Source: Leucoraja ocellata (lineage: Eukaryota). Taken from it: a stretch of 64,000 nucleotides of DNA. The stretch spans positions 248,001-312,000 of the forward strand of contig JAWMAR010000243.1 of assembly GCA_036785375.1 (NCBI GenBank). The letters are read 5' to 3'. The notes under the pieces were generated by a model. That model worked only from the letters and a program-made list of their open reading frames with translations. It ran no database searches and had not been told where the DNA came from. A program made the translations under genes and the position numbers. Position 1 is the stretch's first letter. The number at the start of each line of letters is the position of its first letter. This document shows, in pieces, positions 53,243 through 64,000 of this stretch.

Positions 53243-53555
53243 CACATTGGCACAGCCAGTCAAGTCACTACCTCGCCGTGCCACGGACATGGTTCAATCC
53301 TGACCTCAAGTGTTGGCTAAGTGGAGTTTGCATGCTCTCCCTGCGACTGTGCAGGTTTCATCCTACATCCTAGGCCAACGCACATCCCAGGTACGTGTTG
53401 GCCCCTGTAAACTGTCCAAAGGTAAATGCTATAATCTGGGGGAGTCGATGAGAATGTAGGAGGAATAAAACACGAATAACATACGATTAGTGTAAATGGA
53501 TACCCGATGGTCAAGCATGGGCTTGGTGGGCCGAAGGGCCTGTTTCAGTGCTCAT
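53243..53555 (+). mobile_element. HE1/V-SINE-like SINE, diverged
   Basis: tRNA-like head with ggttcaatcc B-box; tail gggccgaagggcctgtttc. Confidence 0.7.
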
Positions 53556-54498
53556 CTTTCTGAGACTCAAGGTATAGCACGTGCCGATCCACTAATCCAC
53601 ACCTATCTTGCCAATCGTTCAATGGAGTTGGCAGTTTAATGTAGTGTCAAATCCTATGCTGTATAGGCACCAGAACACCAAAGACCACATGACCAGTGGT
53701 ATGTGCTATTCATATAGTTCTCCATTTCACAGGTGGCCAACATAGAGTCAACCGTACAGCATGAAAACAGGCCCTTCACCTAACTAATCCATGCTGACCA
53801 AAGTGCCCCACCTGCTTACGTTTGGGCCATATCCTTCTATATCTTTCCTATCCACGTATCCAAATATCTGTTAAATGCTATTATAGTACAAGTACTGCCA
53901 CAACTACCTTCTCTGCCAGCTCGTTCCATATGTCCTCCACACTCCCCTCGTGTTTTAAACCTGTGTCCCCTGGTTCTTCCTAAAATAACGTCCTTTAATT
54001 CTGAGGCTATGACCTCTAGTCCTAGACTCCCCCACTGGTGGAAACATCCTCTCCACATCGACTTTATCCAAACCTTTCAAAGGTTACTCCAGTAATTGTC
54101 AACGGGTAGGTCGGAAGATTTGAACTCAGTGGTCTGAGGAGATTACAATGGGAACATTGACACAGTGTGACAGAATTAGAGGCGGTAGAAGATTTCATAG
54201 ACAAAATGTACACTGATGTGGGAATTTCACTATTTCATCTAAATTTGGATGACACCTTCACAAGAAAGCAAGAACTTGGAAGATAAATATTCTGCTTGCT
54301 TAGTATTTAACCAACTTGTGCAAGTTGGTTAGACATGCAGGCTTCATAGACTAATTAACCGCTGTAAATCACTCCTATTGTGCAGGGAGTGGATACAAAA
54401 GTGGAAAAACATAGAATTAGTGTCAACAAGTGATCGATGGTCGGCATGGATTGCAGGGCCTGATCCCGTGCTGTATCTATCAATCACCGTGCACTTAC

Positions 54499-54671
54499 TT
54501 TGTAATAGTATACTGTCTCTTCTCTCAGAAACTTGTTCTCCTTGGACTTCCTGTCCAACAGACCCCAGTCCATCTTCAGGTCCCAGCCAATGGTGAAAAT
54601 GGTGCTGACACAGGTTGTCACAGCCCACAGGTAAAAGTAAACCTTTACACCGACCGTCAACTGAGAGCGTT
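54499..54671 (-). CDS. XPR1: XPR1-like exon (EXS domain)
   Basis: [15 protein letters not shown]...[29 protein letters not shown]; tag/gtaagt; 173 nt. Confidence 0.92.
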
Positions 54672-54944
54672 CTATGGGAGAGCAGGAAGGTGCACATGAG
54701 AATTCACTCGGCTTCACAAGCAACAGATTACTGAGCAACACCCAGAGGGAGCGATTGTTGGTGATCTTTTTTAATATCCAGAGTTATGCCACAGCACGGC
54801 ATGTAACCATGGCAACGGGCGGGGGGGGGGGGGGGGGGAACCACAACTCTTTTTCTCCTTGATAAAGTAACCTGCTACAGCCAACAAATCTCCAGGCCTG
54901 CACTGCCAAAGACCAAGAATGTTTGCCCTAATTATTTAGATATT

Positions 54945-55380
54945 TAGACAGGTGCATGGATAGGACAGGTTTGGAGGGATATGGACCAAATGCTGGCAGG
55001 TGGGACTAGTGTAGCCGTGACATGATGGCCAGTGTGGGCAAGTTGGGCTGAATGGCCTGTTTCCACACTGTATCACTCTGTGACTCTAGGTACATGGATA
55101 GGGAAGGCTAAACGCAGATAAATGTGACTCGACTAGATGGGCCGTCTTGGTCAGCCTGGACGAGTTGGGCTGAAGGCCTGTTTCCCTGCTGCCTGACTCT
55201 ACAGCCCTATTTCACAATCCATGCAGCACTTTGCCAAGAAAATATCCTTGGAGCCAACTTCAGCTCGTGGATATGAAAAGTTTCGAAGTGATTTTGAATG
55301 GGACCCAGCTTAGATGGAACATTTTAATCAGCATGGACAAGTTGGGCTGAAAGGCCTGTTTCTGTAATATATGATTCTTA
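54945..55380 (+). mobile_element. Three stacked CR1/HER1-type 3' tails
   Basis: Repeated gttgggctgaa(t/a)ggcctgtttc units near 55045, 55165 and 55342. Confidence 0.7.
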
Positions 55381-55946
55381 GTGCTGAGAGATGCATTGGG
55401 CGAGAAGTGGGCAATATATGTTGAAGGCATCAGGCACACCAGTGCTTATGGTGACCAGCAGGTCTGAGCCATGCCCAGTGCTGTGATACCAGCCACTCTC
55501 AACCTGGCCTGAGTAATGTTTTTACATTGATCTAAAATGGAGTGAAAACCCAGAGATAGTAAAACCTTGATAACCCCACACCCTTGGGACTGCTCCGATG
55601 TAGATTTGCCCATTTTACAGACCATTAGGCATTGCTCTCATTATTATCTAAGCATGGTCCTGTTGCATGTTACACAGAAGAACAATACATTTTCTAGTGA
55701 ACCCAGTGAGTTTAAACAGCAGGAAATGTACAAACTTTCGGGACTTTGGCTTTGGTTGCAAACCCACACCAATGTTCCTGAACCCTGGTGATCTGGATCC
55801 CAACCACTGCTAGGTGGCATTCCAGACCCTGGGCACCCTACCCGCACTCTGGACCCCTGGCTCACATCCCCGATCCGGATGATGGATTATTAAAGTTTTA
55901 CTGCAACTAGATCTCACCAGGATGGCAGCAGACTGATTTCACTTGC

Positions 55947-56141
55947 CTTTCTCCGTTGAGTACAGAGCTGCAAAGGTTACCATAATGAAAACTGTGGAGT
56001 ATTTTCCTGCATTTGCTAAGTGCGGGAATGCATCCCGGCTGTCCCTGTATCTCCGGAGGCACTGCGTGAATCTGATCCAGGGTGGAATACATTGGATAAA
56101 GCAGGTCATTCCATAGGAGTTACCACTGGTTATGTATTTAT
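55947..56141 (-). CDS. XPR1: XPR1-like exon (EXS domain), ends at a GC donor
   Basis: [56 protein letters not shown]; cag acceptor; donor AAG|gcaagt; 195 nt. Confidence 0.9.
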
Positions 56142-57042
56142 CTGTGCCAGAAAAAAAGAATGAGAAATGAGAAATGGACACTCATCATACATGTTAATGG
56201 ACAATTGATCTAATTTTGTTTTAAAGTTCTGAATGTTATGGATTTGAAGTATGAACTCTGAGCGTGTCTTGTATCCTCCCTTCCGTCCCAATTTCTAGCG
56301 CTGCAGTATTTTGCTTTCAGATTGACGGAAGTCTCGCAAATGTTGGTCAGTAGTAACATTTATGCAACACTGCTGCTAGAAAAGACCCCACATGACAGGA
56401 GGAAACCCAACTTCTTCCATTCCATTGAGTCATTGAGCACCCATTGTCGGCATCTTGGGCTCATAACCTGAGCCTTAACAACCAGCCATGGTAACGCCAC
56501 TACTCCAACATTCAGCCATACATCCTGCTACAGGGTTTAGTTTGGAAATGCAGAGGAATGTTTGTGACTCCTCTGGATAGCAGGAAACAAACCACTCCAG
56601 ACTTGGATCCATTCTCCCACCATCAAGGCCCTGATTGTAGCCCTCAACCAATCCTGAGACTGTGATATTCACCATCTGCAGGATTCCCTGGTACAATGGA
56701 CGGATTCCTCCCTTGTGATTTCCAAGGACAAGATAATCTTGCTTGTCGGAACATCCAGGTTCCTTTCAATTGCACACACCATGGACCTTGTTCAAGGGCC
56801 ACCCTTTGAATATCAATTGGTCATAATGTGGGGACTTGCTAAGCTACATCACAATCGGGCAATTTTAAAACCAAGGACAATGGTGGTTCTGGGAGTTCAT
56901 GAGATGATGCTGATGTTCAACTTCAGATAACAAATACAAAACCTTGTGTATTGAATCTTTTCATCCCTGTTACTTCAGTAATACGCTGTTGTCGTGTGTG
57001 GTGTTGCAGATGACTATGTTCAGTTCTGACATGATCTCTCAC

Positions 57043-57211
57043 CTGCAGGTGGGCTCAGGAGACCCTCGTTACTCTCCCAGTTTAACTCAAATCCATAGAA
57101 GCAGATCAAGTACCAGAGGTCCAGGAAGACTGGCCCCATGCTGTTGAGTTGATCGGCCAACCAGAAATCGGCAAAACCCACTTTACGGAAGGGGGCGGTT
57201 GCTACACGGGA
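57043..57211 (-). CDS. XPR1: XPR1-like exon (EXS domain)
   Basis: [56 protein letters not shown]; cag/gtgaga; 169 nt; not in ORF list. Confidence 0.93.
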
Positions 57212-57499
57212 CTGTTTGCAAGAAAAACAAAGAGGAAAATGATTACTTCAAGCCTATGTTTCTCACTCCCGAGACAAATGTTAAATTCTGCTACACCGAT
57301 TGCAACTTCCGAGAGGATCTTTTACTCTGAGGTCCTTTATGAAATTTGTTTCTCTATAGTCACTTGTATCAAACAAGATGGCATGATCAGGATGAACTTG
57401 TCGATGTTCCAAGATCAAGTTATTGAGGAGAATCTGCGCCATAGCTGGATAATGTAATTGTTTACCCAGGGAGAATCACAGCTCGATAATGAGACATTT

Positions 57500-57905
57500 T
57501 CATTGAATTATCCAAATGTAATTAACAAATTCCCAACCCCCTCTTTCCTGTGCCCACCCCAACCCTGGTACTCATGCATTTTTTCCCCAGAAACTGCCCC
57601 TCTTCCAGCAACCCCCGCCCCCTTCCACCTATATCACACCTGGCTTCACATTTCATTCCTCTTCTCTATTTATTTGATGCCCTTTTGTCTCCTTTTCACA
57701 TCTAGCCTTTGTCCACCCAGCTGCCTATCAACCCCCCCCCTTAACCTGTACCCACCTATCACTCGCCGAGCTTTGCCTCGCCACCACCTCATTTCCAGCT
57801 TTCTACCCCTGCAATCAGTCTCAAGAAGGGTCCCAACCCAAAACATTGCCTTGCCATTTCCTCCACAGATGCTGCCTGACCTGCTGAGTTGTTCCAGCAA
57901 TTTGA
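57500..57905 (+). mobile_element. Penelope-like element 3' end
   Basis: Pyrimidine-rich segment, then cagtctcaagaagggtccc...agatgctgcctgacctgctgagttgttccagca. Confidence 0.6.
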
Positions 57906-58022
57906 CTTGTTTTTTTCAGAAGTACTTTATTGGCTCAGAAGGTTTGTTCCACAGCCATTGAAGACCGTACAGTACGTGTATGCATGCTTTCCCCAACTTG
58001 CCATGTCTGCTGGTGTACTTAC

Positions 58023-58202
58023 CAGAACTTTCAATAACCAGATGCGGGACTTGTAGTAGAAGGTTTTGGTTGGGTTCACGAGAAGAAGCACCATGAAACC
58101 ATACAGGAGCAAGGGACTGACTGACATTGGAGTGTGGATGTAAGCACTGAAAAGGCAGGCGAGTAGACTCAAGCACCAGAGAACTCCCAGGAAACCTGCC
58201 AA
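58023..58202 (-). CDS. XPR1: XPR1-like exon
   Basis: [16 protein letters not shown]...[18 protein letters not shown]; cag/gtaagt; 180 nt. Confidence 0.93.
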
Positions 58203-58292
58203 CTGAAAGAGAGATGATGACAAGCTGTCAGTATGAGGGCTTATTCCACTGAGGACATGCTGTCAGAATCACAACTATTCCCAAGCCAGTAA

Positions 58293-58455
58293 AGGGCCTG
58301 TCCCACTTACGCGATCTTTACAGGCGACTGCCGGCACCCTTGATAGGTCGCCGAAATTTTCAACATGTTGAAAATTCAGTGGTGACCAGAAAGATGCTAC
58401 GACTCTTTGGAGACCTCTCACGACCATAGGAGACCCCTCACGACCATACAGAGGC
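58293..58455. mobile_element. PIF/Harbinger-like MITE left part
   Basis: taa|agggcctgtcccactt terminus; internal 22-bp palindrome; tandem ggagacc(t/c)ctcacgaccata repeats. Confidence 0.5.
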
Positions 58456-58734
58456 TGTTTCCCGGCTAACTAGTCTAGTGTTGAAACTGTTTTCACATCA
58501 TGAAAGGAATTCCTCCACCATCTGTTCACCAAAGGAACTCCACCACTTCTTCTGAACCCACATTGGGGGGTATTCTTGAGCAGACTTAGCTTTGAGCTTT
58601 AATTTACTTTATATTCTCTCTCCATCTACACCTCTACCTGTCACCTGACCCCTGACTCAATCCCCTCTGTACACTGGACTTGTTTAGGCTGCTGCCTTCA
58701 CTATCGTTGAGATGCAACGCTTCATCTGACCTAC

Positions 58735-58922
58735 CTCAAACAAATCCTGATGGGTGAGGTGGTTCCTGGGATCAAGTTCAAAGATCAAGCAATGGTTTAC
58801 TCCTGCCTTTCTCCAGCCATAGATGTTAATTCCCAAGAGGAAGACAAACTCGATCAAAATGAAGCCGCCTCTGTAAGCCCGCAGCAGGGGCCACACGCTG
58901 GTTTTCTGGGATACATGGAGAC
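58735..58922 (-). CDS. XPR1: XPR1-like exon
   Basis: [55 protein letters not shown]; tag/gtaggt; 188 nt. Confidence 0.93.
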
Positions 58923-59926
58923 CTAGAGGAAAACAAACAGCGATGTAATCGGTTAGAGTTTGCTCTGCGGGTGCTGCCTGACCCGAGTTCCCCCAGCACT
59001 TTGTGTTTTGCTCAAGATTCCACCATCTGCGGTTCCTTGTATCTCTCACCTTTTACCTTCCATCTTCAGCATTCTTGCAACCAATGGACAAAAGTGATGA
59101 AAGAAAACTGCCAAGGTTTAGTTTAAAAAAATCCCCATCTCATTTTCCTCCCAGTAAGTGAGGAAAATGTCTGTGGCCCCATCAACAAGACGACTCTTCA
59201 TTTGCTGAAGACTAGACGACAATGTTGGAGGTTTGGCAACCCTGCGCCCCAATGTCCACATATTCCTCAGCATGAAGGGGCCATAGGCATTGGCTTGTCC
59301 ATGTGATTAATCTATTCACGTTCTGATTACCTGGGAGGGGGCTTAGTGGTGATTGGTACATTAATAAGGGCAACCTGACCGATCATTGGGAGAGCTTGAG
59401 GAGCTTATGGGATGAAACCTTCTGGAGTCCATTCATCTCTAGTTAGCAACCTTCATAATGGGCCAAGGTAATGTCTGCGCTCCTTAAATTACTGTCCGAA
59501 GCAGGTGAGGAGAATAAACAGGCAAGTTGCCTGGAAGTTGAGGTGTTTCGTGCCATTTTTCCTATAAATATTTAACTTGGTGAAAGTATTTCTGCAAACG
59601 AGACCACCAGAGAAAGCTAATAACTGAGTACACTCCCTTTCTGAGATCAAGTGACTAACATTATCTGCAGTTCCAGGAAAAATTAGGTTACTCTGTTAAA
59701 AAAAAAGGGCCCGTGATCATCTAAGCCTCTCTTTCTTCATTACACTTTTGGAAGTCAGAGTTGTGCTGACCTGTGTTACCGGAGCTCCTCTCTGTTCTGG
59801 TCACTTGATCTGCATGCACCATTGAATGATTCATGTCAGCCTGTCAGTAATGTTGTTTACAAATATCCCTGGAATACACAATGACACTGTGCTCCTTTTC
59901 CCGGTTGGTTGATGCTAAGTGCTTAC

Positions 59927-60008
59927 CTTTGATGATTATCAGCACAGATAATGCCACGATGAGTCCACACTGCACTCCCACACGGAAGGTGGTCCACACT
60001 GGGGCAGG
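59927..60008 (-). CDS. XPR1: XPR1-like exon (first transmembrane helix)
   Basis: PAPVWTTFRVGVQCGLIVALSVLIIIK; cag/gtaagc; 82 nt; not in ORF list. Confidence 0.92.
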
Positions 60009-60929
60009 CTGAGGGGGATACAATGCAGGACATTACCAGCGGAGACCGGAAAAGTACTTCAACCATTTATGTAATTCTTTCATCCATTAATAATGTCTTC
60101 AAGCAACACGTGCACACACCACAAACTGCATTTCCTGCACTGACATTAATATGCAATAATGCACTTGCACTGATCTCATCTGCTTCTTGGGTGTTCTTGC
60201 AGGCTTGATGACTTCCACTCAGCTATGGTAGGTTTTATAGAGCCATAGTCATTCAGCACGAAACGTAGCCCTTTTTAATGTTTAAATAAAAATGTTTTTT
60301 AAGTGTCTTTTAAATGCTGTTTTTGTACCATCCTCAACCACTTCCTCTGGCAGCTTGTTCCATAGACCCACCAACCTCTGAGTGGAACAAGTTGACCCAC
60401 CGTTCTTCATGCCACCATCTTGCCTCCTTCATGTTAAATCTACCTCCTTTGGTCCTTGATTCCCCTGGAACAGGACTCTGTGCATTCACCCTATCTACTC
60501 CACGCATGATTGTATACACCCCTTTAAGATCTAAAGGGTTTTGTCGTGGCCATGGGGCGGGCAGAGTTATTCCATGGCTGGGGCAGGATGTGCAGGCGAC
60601 CAGTTGGTGACATTAGACGAAGCTGCCACCATTTACACAGACGTTCCTGATGCATGGCTCCCATACCCTCCTTAGAATCCCATTGTTCCTTATCCACTCT
60701 CAGCAGTCATGGACAGAGATGCCAAGAGTCAGTGGGATGGTGTTAGGAGCTTTGAGCACCATCTTGACTCTCTTCCTTTGACAGGGTGTCTGTCTTGTGA
60801 GTGTAGTGTTGGACGTGTGAATGGCTTTCCCTTTTCATAATGATCGTGCCTCTGGATGGACAGAATCCATGTTGCAATTTGGCAGCAGCTTGTATTCTCC
60901 CCATCATTGAGAGCATCTAATGAAACACT

Positions 60930-61390
60930 GCCTCAAGAAGGTGGCCTCTACAAGGATCCTACCATCTGGACTATGTCCTCTTCCCACTGCTACCGTTTGG
61001 CAAGAAGCCTGAATCCCCCACCATCAGGTTCAGGAACAGCTACTTTTCTTATGGGCATTAGGTTCTTGAACTGACCTGCACAACTCTAATCCTACCTCAG
61101 CAACAGAAAACTAGAGATCACCTCTTGCACTACCATGGACTTGCTTTCTAATTGTGTTTTATGCTAATGCCTTACATTTTTTACACAATTTGTTTCCTTT
61201 ATGATGTCTTACAGAATTGGTGCAATTTATATATAATTTGTTTCTGTGTTGCCTGAGTCAGTGCTTGTAATACTGCTGCAAACTCCATACTGCATACTAC
61301 TGTAATACTGCTGCAAACAAGGTTGTCATTGTGCCTGTACCTCACTGTAATGGTGCATTTTCTGACAATAAACTTGACACTAATATACAC
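60930..61390 (+). mobile_element. Rex1/Babar-like LINE 3' fragment
   Basis: ctcttcccactgctaccgtttggcaagaag...caggttcaggaacagctac; tail tgacaataaacttga. Confidence 0.55.
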
Positions 61391-61649
61391 ACTTTGACCG
61401 CACCCCTCCATGTAAGCAGAAAAACACACAACTAAGATCACCAGCCCACACTCTCAGGCACGTGCACATACATAGAATGCATAACCGTATTCACTAATGC
61501 TGAAGCAAGCAATGTTAGTAAGAGATGCAATTCACTGTCATTAAAATGCATGCAACACAATGACTGCATTGTCATTCCATTAAGTGCTCACATCTGCTCA
61601 CATCTGTGTGCACACACGCTCCAATACATCAATGAATTGTTTGCCTGAC

Positions 61650-61733
61650 CTGGATTGTTCCTAGTGGTGGAACCCGAAGCCTCTTCATTGCTCGTGCTCT
61701 GTCCCCTCCTGCCAGCTGATTGGTGTAGAGTGA
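61650..61733 (-). CDS. XPR1: XPR1-like exon
   Basis: SLYTNQLAGGDRARAMKRLRVPPLGTIQ (cf. GDRQKAMKRLRVPPLG); cag/gtcagg; 84 nt; not in ORF list. Confidence 0.92.
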
Positions 61734-62479
61734 CTGTGTGGAACAATTTTACATCCTCAGTACAACAAACTCTTTATTCTGGTAACAAGTATTATCATTT
61801 CTACTTTTGTATCTGTGCTTTCTGAAGCTGGTTTAGGGCCCAGATTATGGCACTGGAACTCCAAGGATCTGTCACTAGAAGAGCTACCAGCAGTGCCCTG
61901 GAGCGATCGTCGTGCATGAATTGTTCCCACAACGGCCGTGCTGGTGTCTCTGCCTGGTATCATTGGGTCAGGACCAAGGTGGGTCCCTCCTGTGCTCCTT
62001 TGAGTAGCTGCCTCTCAGCTTTGCACGTCATAAAATCAAAGAAAGGTTTCTTGCTCAAAGTCGGGTGAAGTCTACCTTAAGAAGATGTCTGTCAGGTTAT
62101 CCATAAATAACCTTCTCCTTTGCCCCTCCGGCATTCTGTAAATACTCTGCATCCACCTTTGCATGGCAAGACAATATCCACAGATACCCCCCACCCCCCA
62201 CTCCACCCACTTGTATGCTGCATTCTCTCAATACTGCTATATTCACCTGCAACTGTCCTCTAGGTGTCCTATAATCTGAGCAGCTAACTCTCTGACTACA
62301 CTAGCACTGGACTCCTTATAGATACCTCTCACCCGCTCTCTACATGCTTTACTCTATGTAAATACCATTGTATCTGCCATTACCCTCACATTCTCCCTTC
62401 AGTGCTTGTAAAAGACCCTGCTGTGTCCCATATTTCCCTTTCACTCTTTTTTTTTTTTTTTTGCCCCTGTCCATATTCC

Positions 62480-62815
62480 TCCCACCCAGCATAACATTCA
62501 TTCATCTACTCCTTGTCAGCGACCCTTTGGCCTCCATTTCACTTCTGGCCTTTGACTCTTATTCCACCTATCTGCCAGTCACCCCCTCCCTTCACCTATA
62601 TCCACCTATTACTTGCCAGGCTTTGCCTTACGCCCACAGCTCTTTACCAGCTTGCTCCCTCCCCCCCCCCCCCCCCCAGCCCAGTTTGAAGAAAGGTTCT
62701 GACCCAAATCATTGCCTGTCCATTTGCTCCACAGATGCTGCCTGACCTGCAGAGTACCTCCAGCACTTTGTATTTTGTTCCAGATTCCAGCATCTGCAGT
62801 TCTTTGTGTCTCCAC
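62480..62815 (+). mobile_element. Penelope-like element 3' end
   Basis: Same family as 57500-57905 and 44670-45095. Confidence 0.6.
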
Positions 62816-63200
62816 TTTAAATATTAGGGTATTTTTAGAAAGGTGTGCACAATTGCTATTTTAGTCCATAACTTTCCACAACTTTAGAAGGCAAAAGTTC
62901 CAAGCACAATGCTCAAGATTCCTTACATCATTGCAGTTCATTGTGTCTGACACAATGTTTTGGTCAGATCTCATCCTGCAGTGTATACTGGGGACCCATC
63001 ACGCCTCCCAGTGCTATAGCTATAAGCACAGTGGTGATAACTCTTGTAAAAGCCTGCAGCAGTCTATCCCAACCCTAGATGGATGCATGACTGCAACTCC
63101 TTGCCTGGTAGCCCTGGAGAGAGACGGTGATAGTATATCTTTGATCTGAATAGGGATATCATATCTGCCTCTGAACAAGCGAGAAGGGACCCGCACTTAC

Positions 63201-63350
63201 CTCCACCTCGCTTATTAGCTGGTCTATCTTCTTGCTGGTGTACATTGTAGAGCTCTCTACCAGGGTTGCCTGCCAGCCCGCCCCCTTCGATGCGTTGAAC
63301 ATCTTATCGTATTTCTTCAAAATTTTGGTAAAACCTGTGAGGTTGAGATT
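63201..63350 (-). CDS. XPR1: XPR1-like phosphate exporter, internal exon (end of SPX domain); upstream exons outside window
   Basis: NLNLTGFTKILKKYDK...KKIDQLISEVE; cag acceptor, gtaagt donor; 150 nt. Confidence 0.92.
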
Positions 63351-63489
63351 CTGGAAGAGAAGTAGAGGTTGCTTTGTCAGTGATCTCTTGCGATGTCGGA
63401 CAGGTGGGGAGGTGGAAATAATGTAACTGGCCAGAACTTGCAAAGAGTGCGTTGAAGTGTGTTGTTCCTGGCATACTCATTGACTGATG

Positions 63490-63760
63490 CATTCAGAGGG
63501 TATTCGACAACTTCACAGTGCAAGAGACCTGCATTCGATCCTGACCCTGTTTGCTGTCGGTGTGAAGTTTGCATGCTCCCTCTGTGACTGCCTGGGTTTC
63601 CCTTCTCATCCCCAAATCATGTGAGTTTGTAGGTTAGTTGGCCTCTGTAAATTTCCCCTAGTGTGTTGGATGAGAAAGTGGGATAACATAGAACTCGAGT
63701 GTGATGGTCAGTGTGGGCTGAAGGGCCAGATTCCGTGCTGTATCTTTCAATTCAATTCAA
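63490..63760 (+). mobile_element. HE1/V-SINE-like SINE
   Basis: B-box-like cattcgatcc, V-SINE-like core, tail gggctgaagggcc...ttcaattcaattcaa. Confidence 0.7.
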
Positions 63761-64000
63761 CACACTGAGCCTCAAACCACAAGAGCAAGCTGATCCTGTC
63801 CTTCATCATCCCCATTATTCTTAAAACCTTGCTTGTTAATCATCGGTTAAATTCACTGCAGAAAGTTATGGTTATTGCTGTGCTACTGGTTAACAAAGAA
63901 GCAACAAATCCATGGTTATTCATTCAATAGATAAGCTCTGATCGGCAAAGGAGATGGGTGGAATCAAGAAGGGCGTTGAGGTTGACACAATAACAACATT

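Noticed and set aside
56600-56930. Possible RTE-type RT remnant
   Set aside because: Resemblance too weak to call; catalytic motif not intact.

Overview
Vertebrate genomic DNA, most likely a cartilaginous fish (skate/ray-like), judged from HE1/V-SINE-like SINEs, CR1 and Rex-Babar LINE fragments and Penelope-derived palindromic repeats. Two multi-exon genes converge. (1) NACC2 (BTB/POZ + BEN domain repressor) on the + strand has five coding exons between 11325 and 29909 (1710 nt, 569 aa, all phases consistent) and a long 3'UTR, probably running to AATAAA at 37240. (2) A divergent XPR1-like SPX-EXS phosphate exporter on the - strand has ten exons between 63350 and 50471 (1590 nt in frame); its 5' exons lie beyond the window. 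The most notable observations are: the XPR1-like gene looks like a paralogue (possible ohnologue) on the NACC2/LHX3/QSOX2 paralogon, with intact pore residues but changes at gating positions and a shorter C-tail; a GC-AG intron; a tight cluster of miR-132/212 seed sites just before the distal NACC2 poly(A) signal; and Penelope-derived short elements flanked by 13-16 bp target-site duplications. No prokaryote-type system (CRISPR, operon) is present. Comparisons with human proteins are from memory, not from a search.
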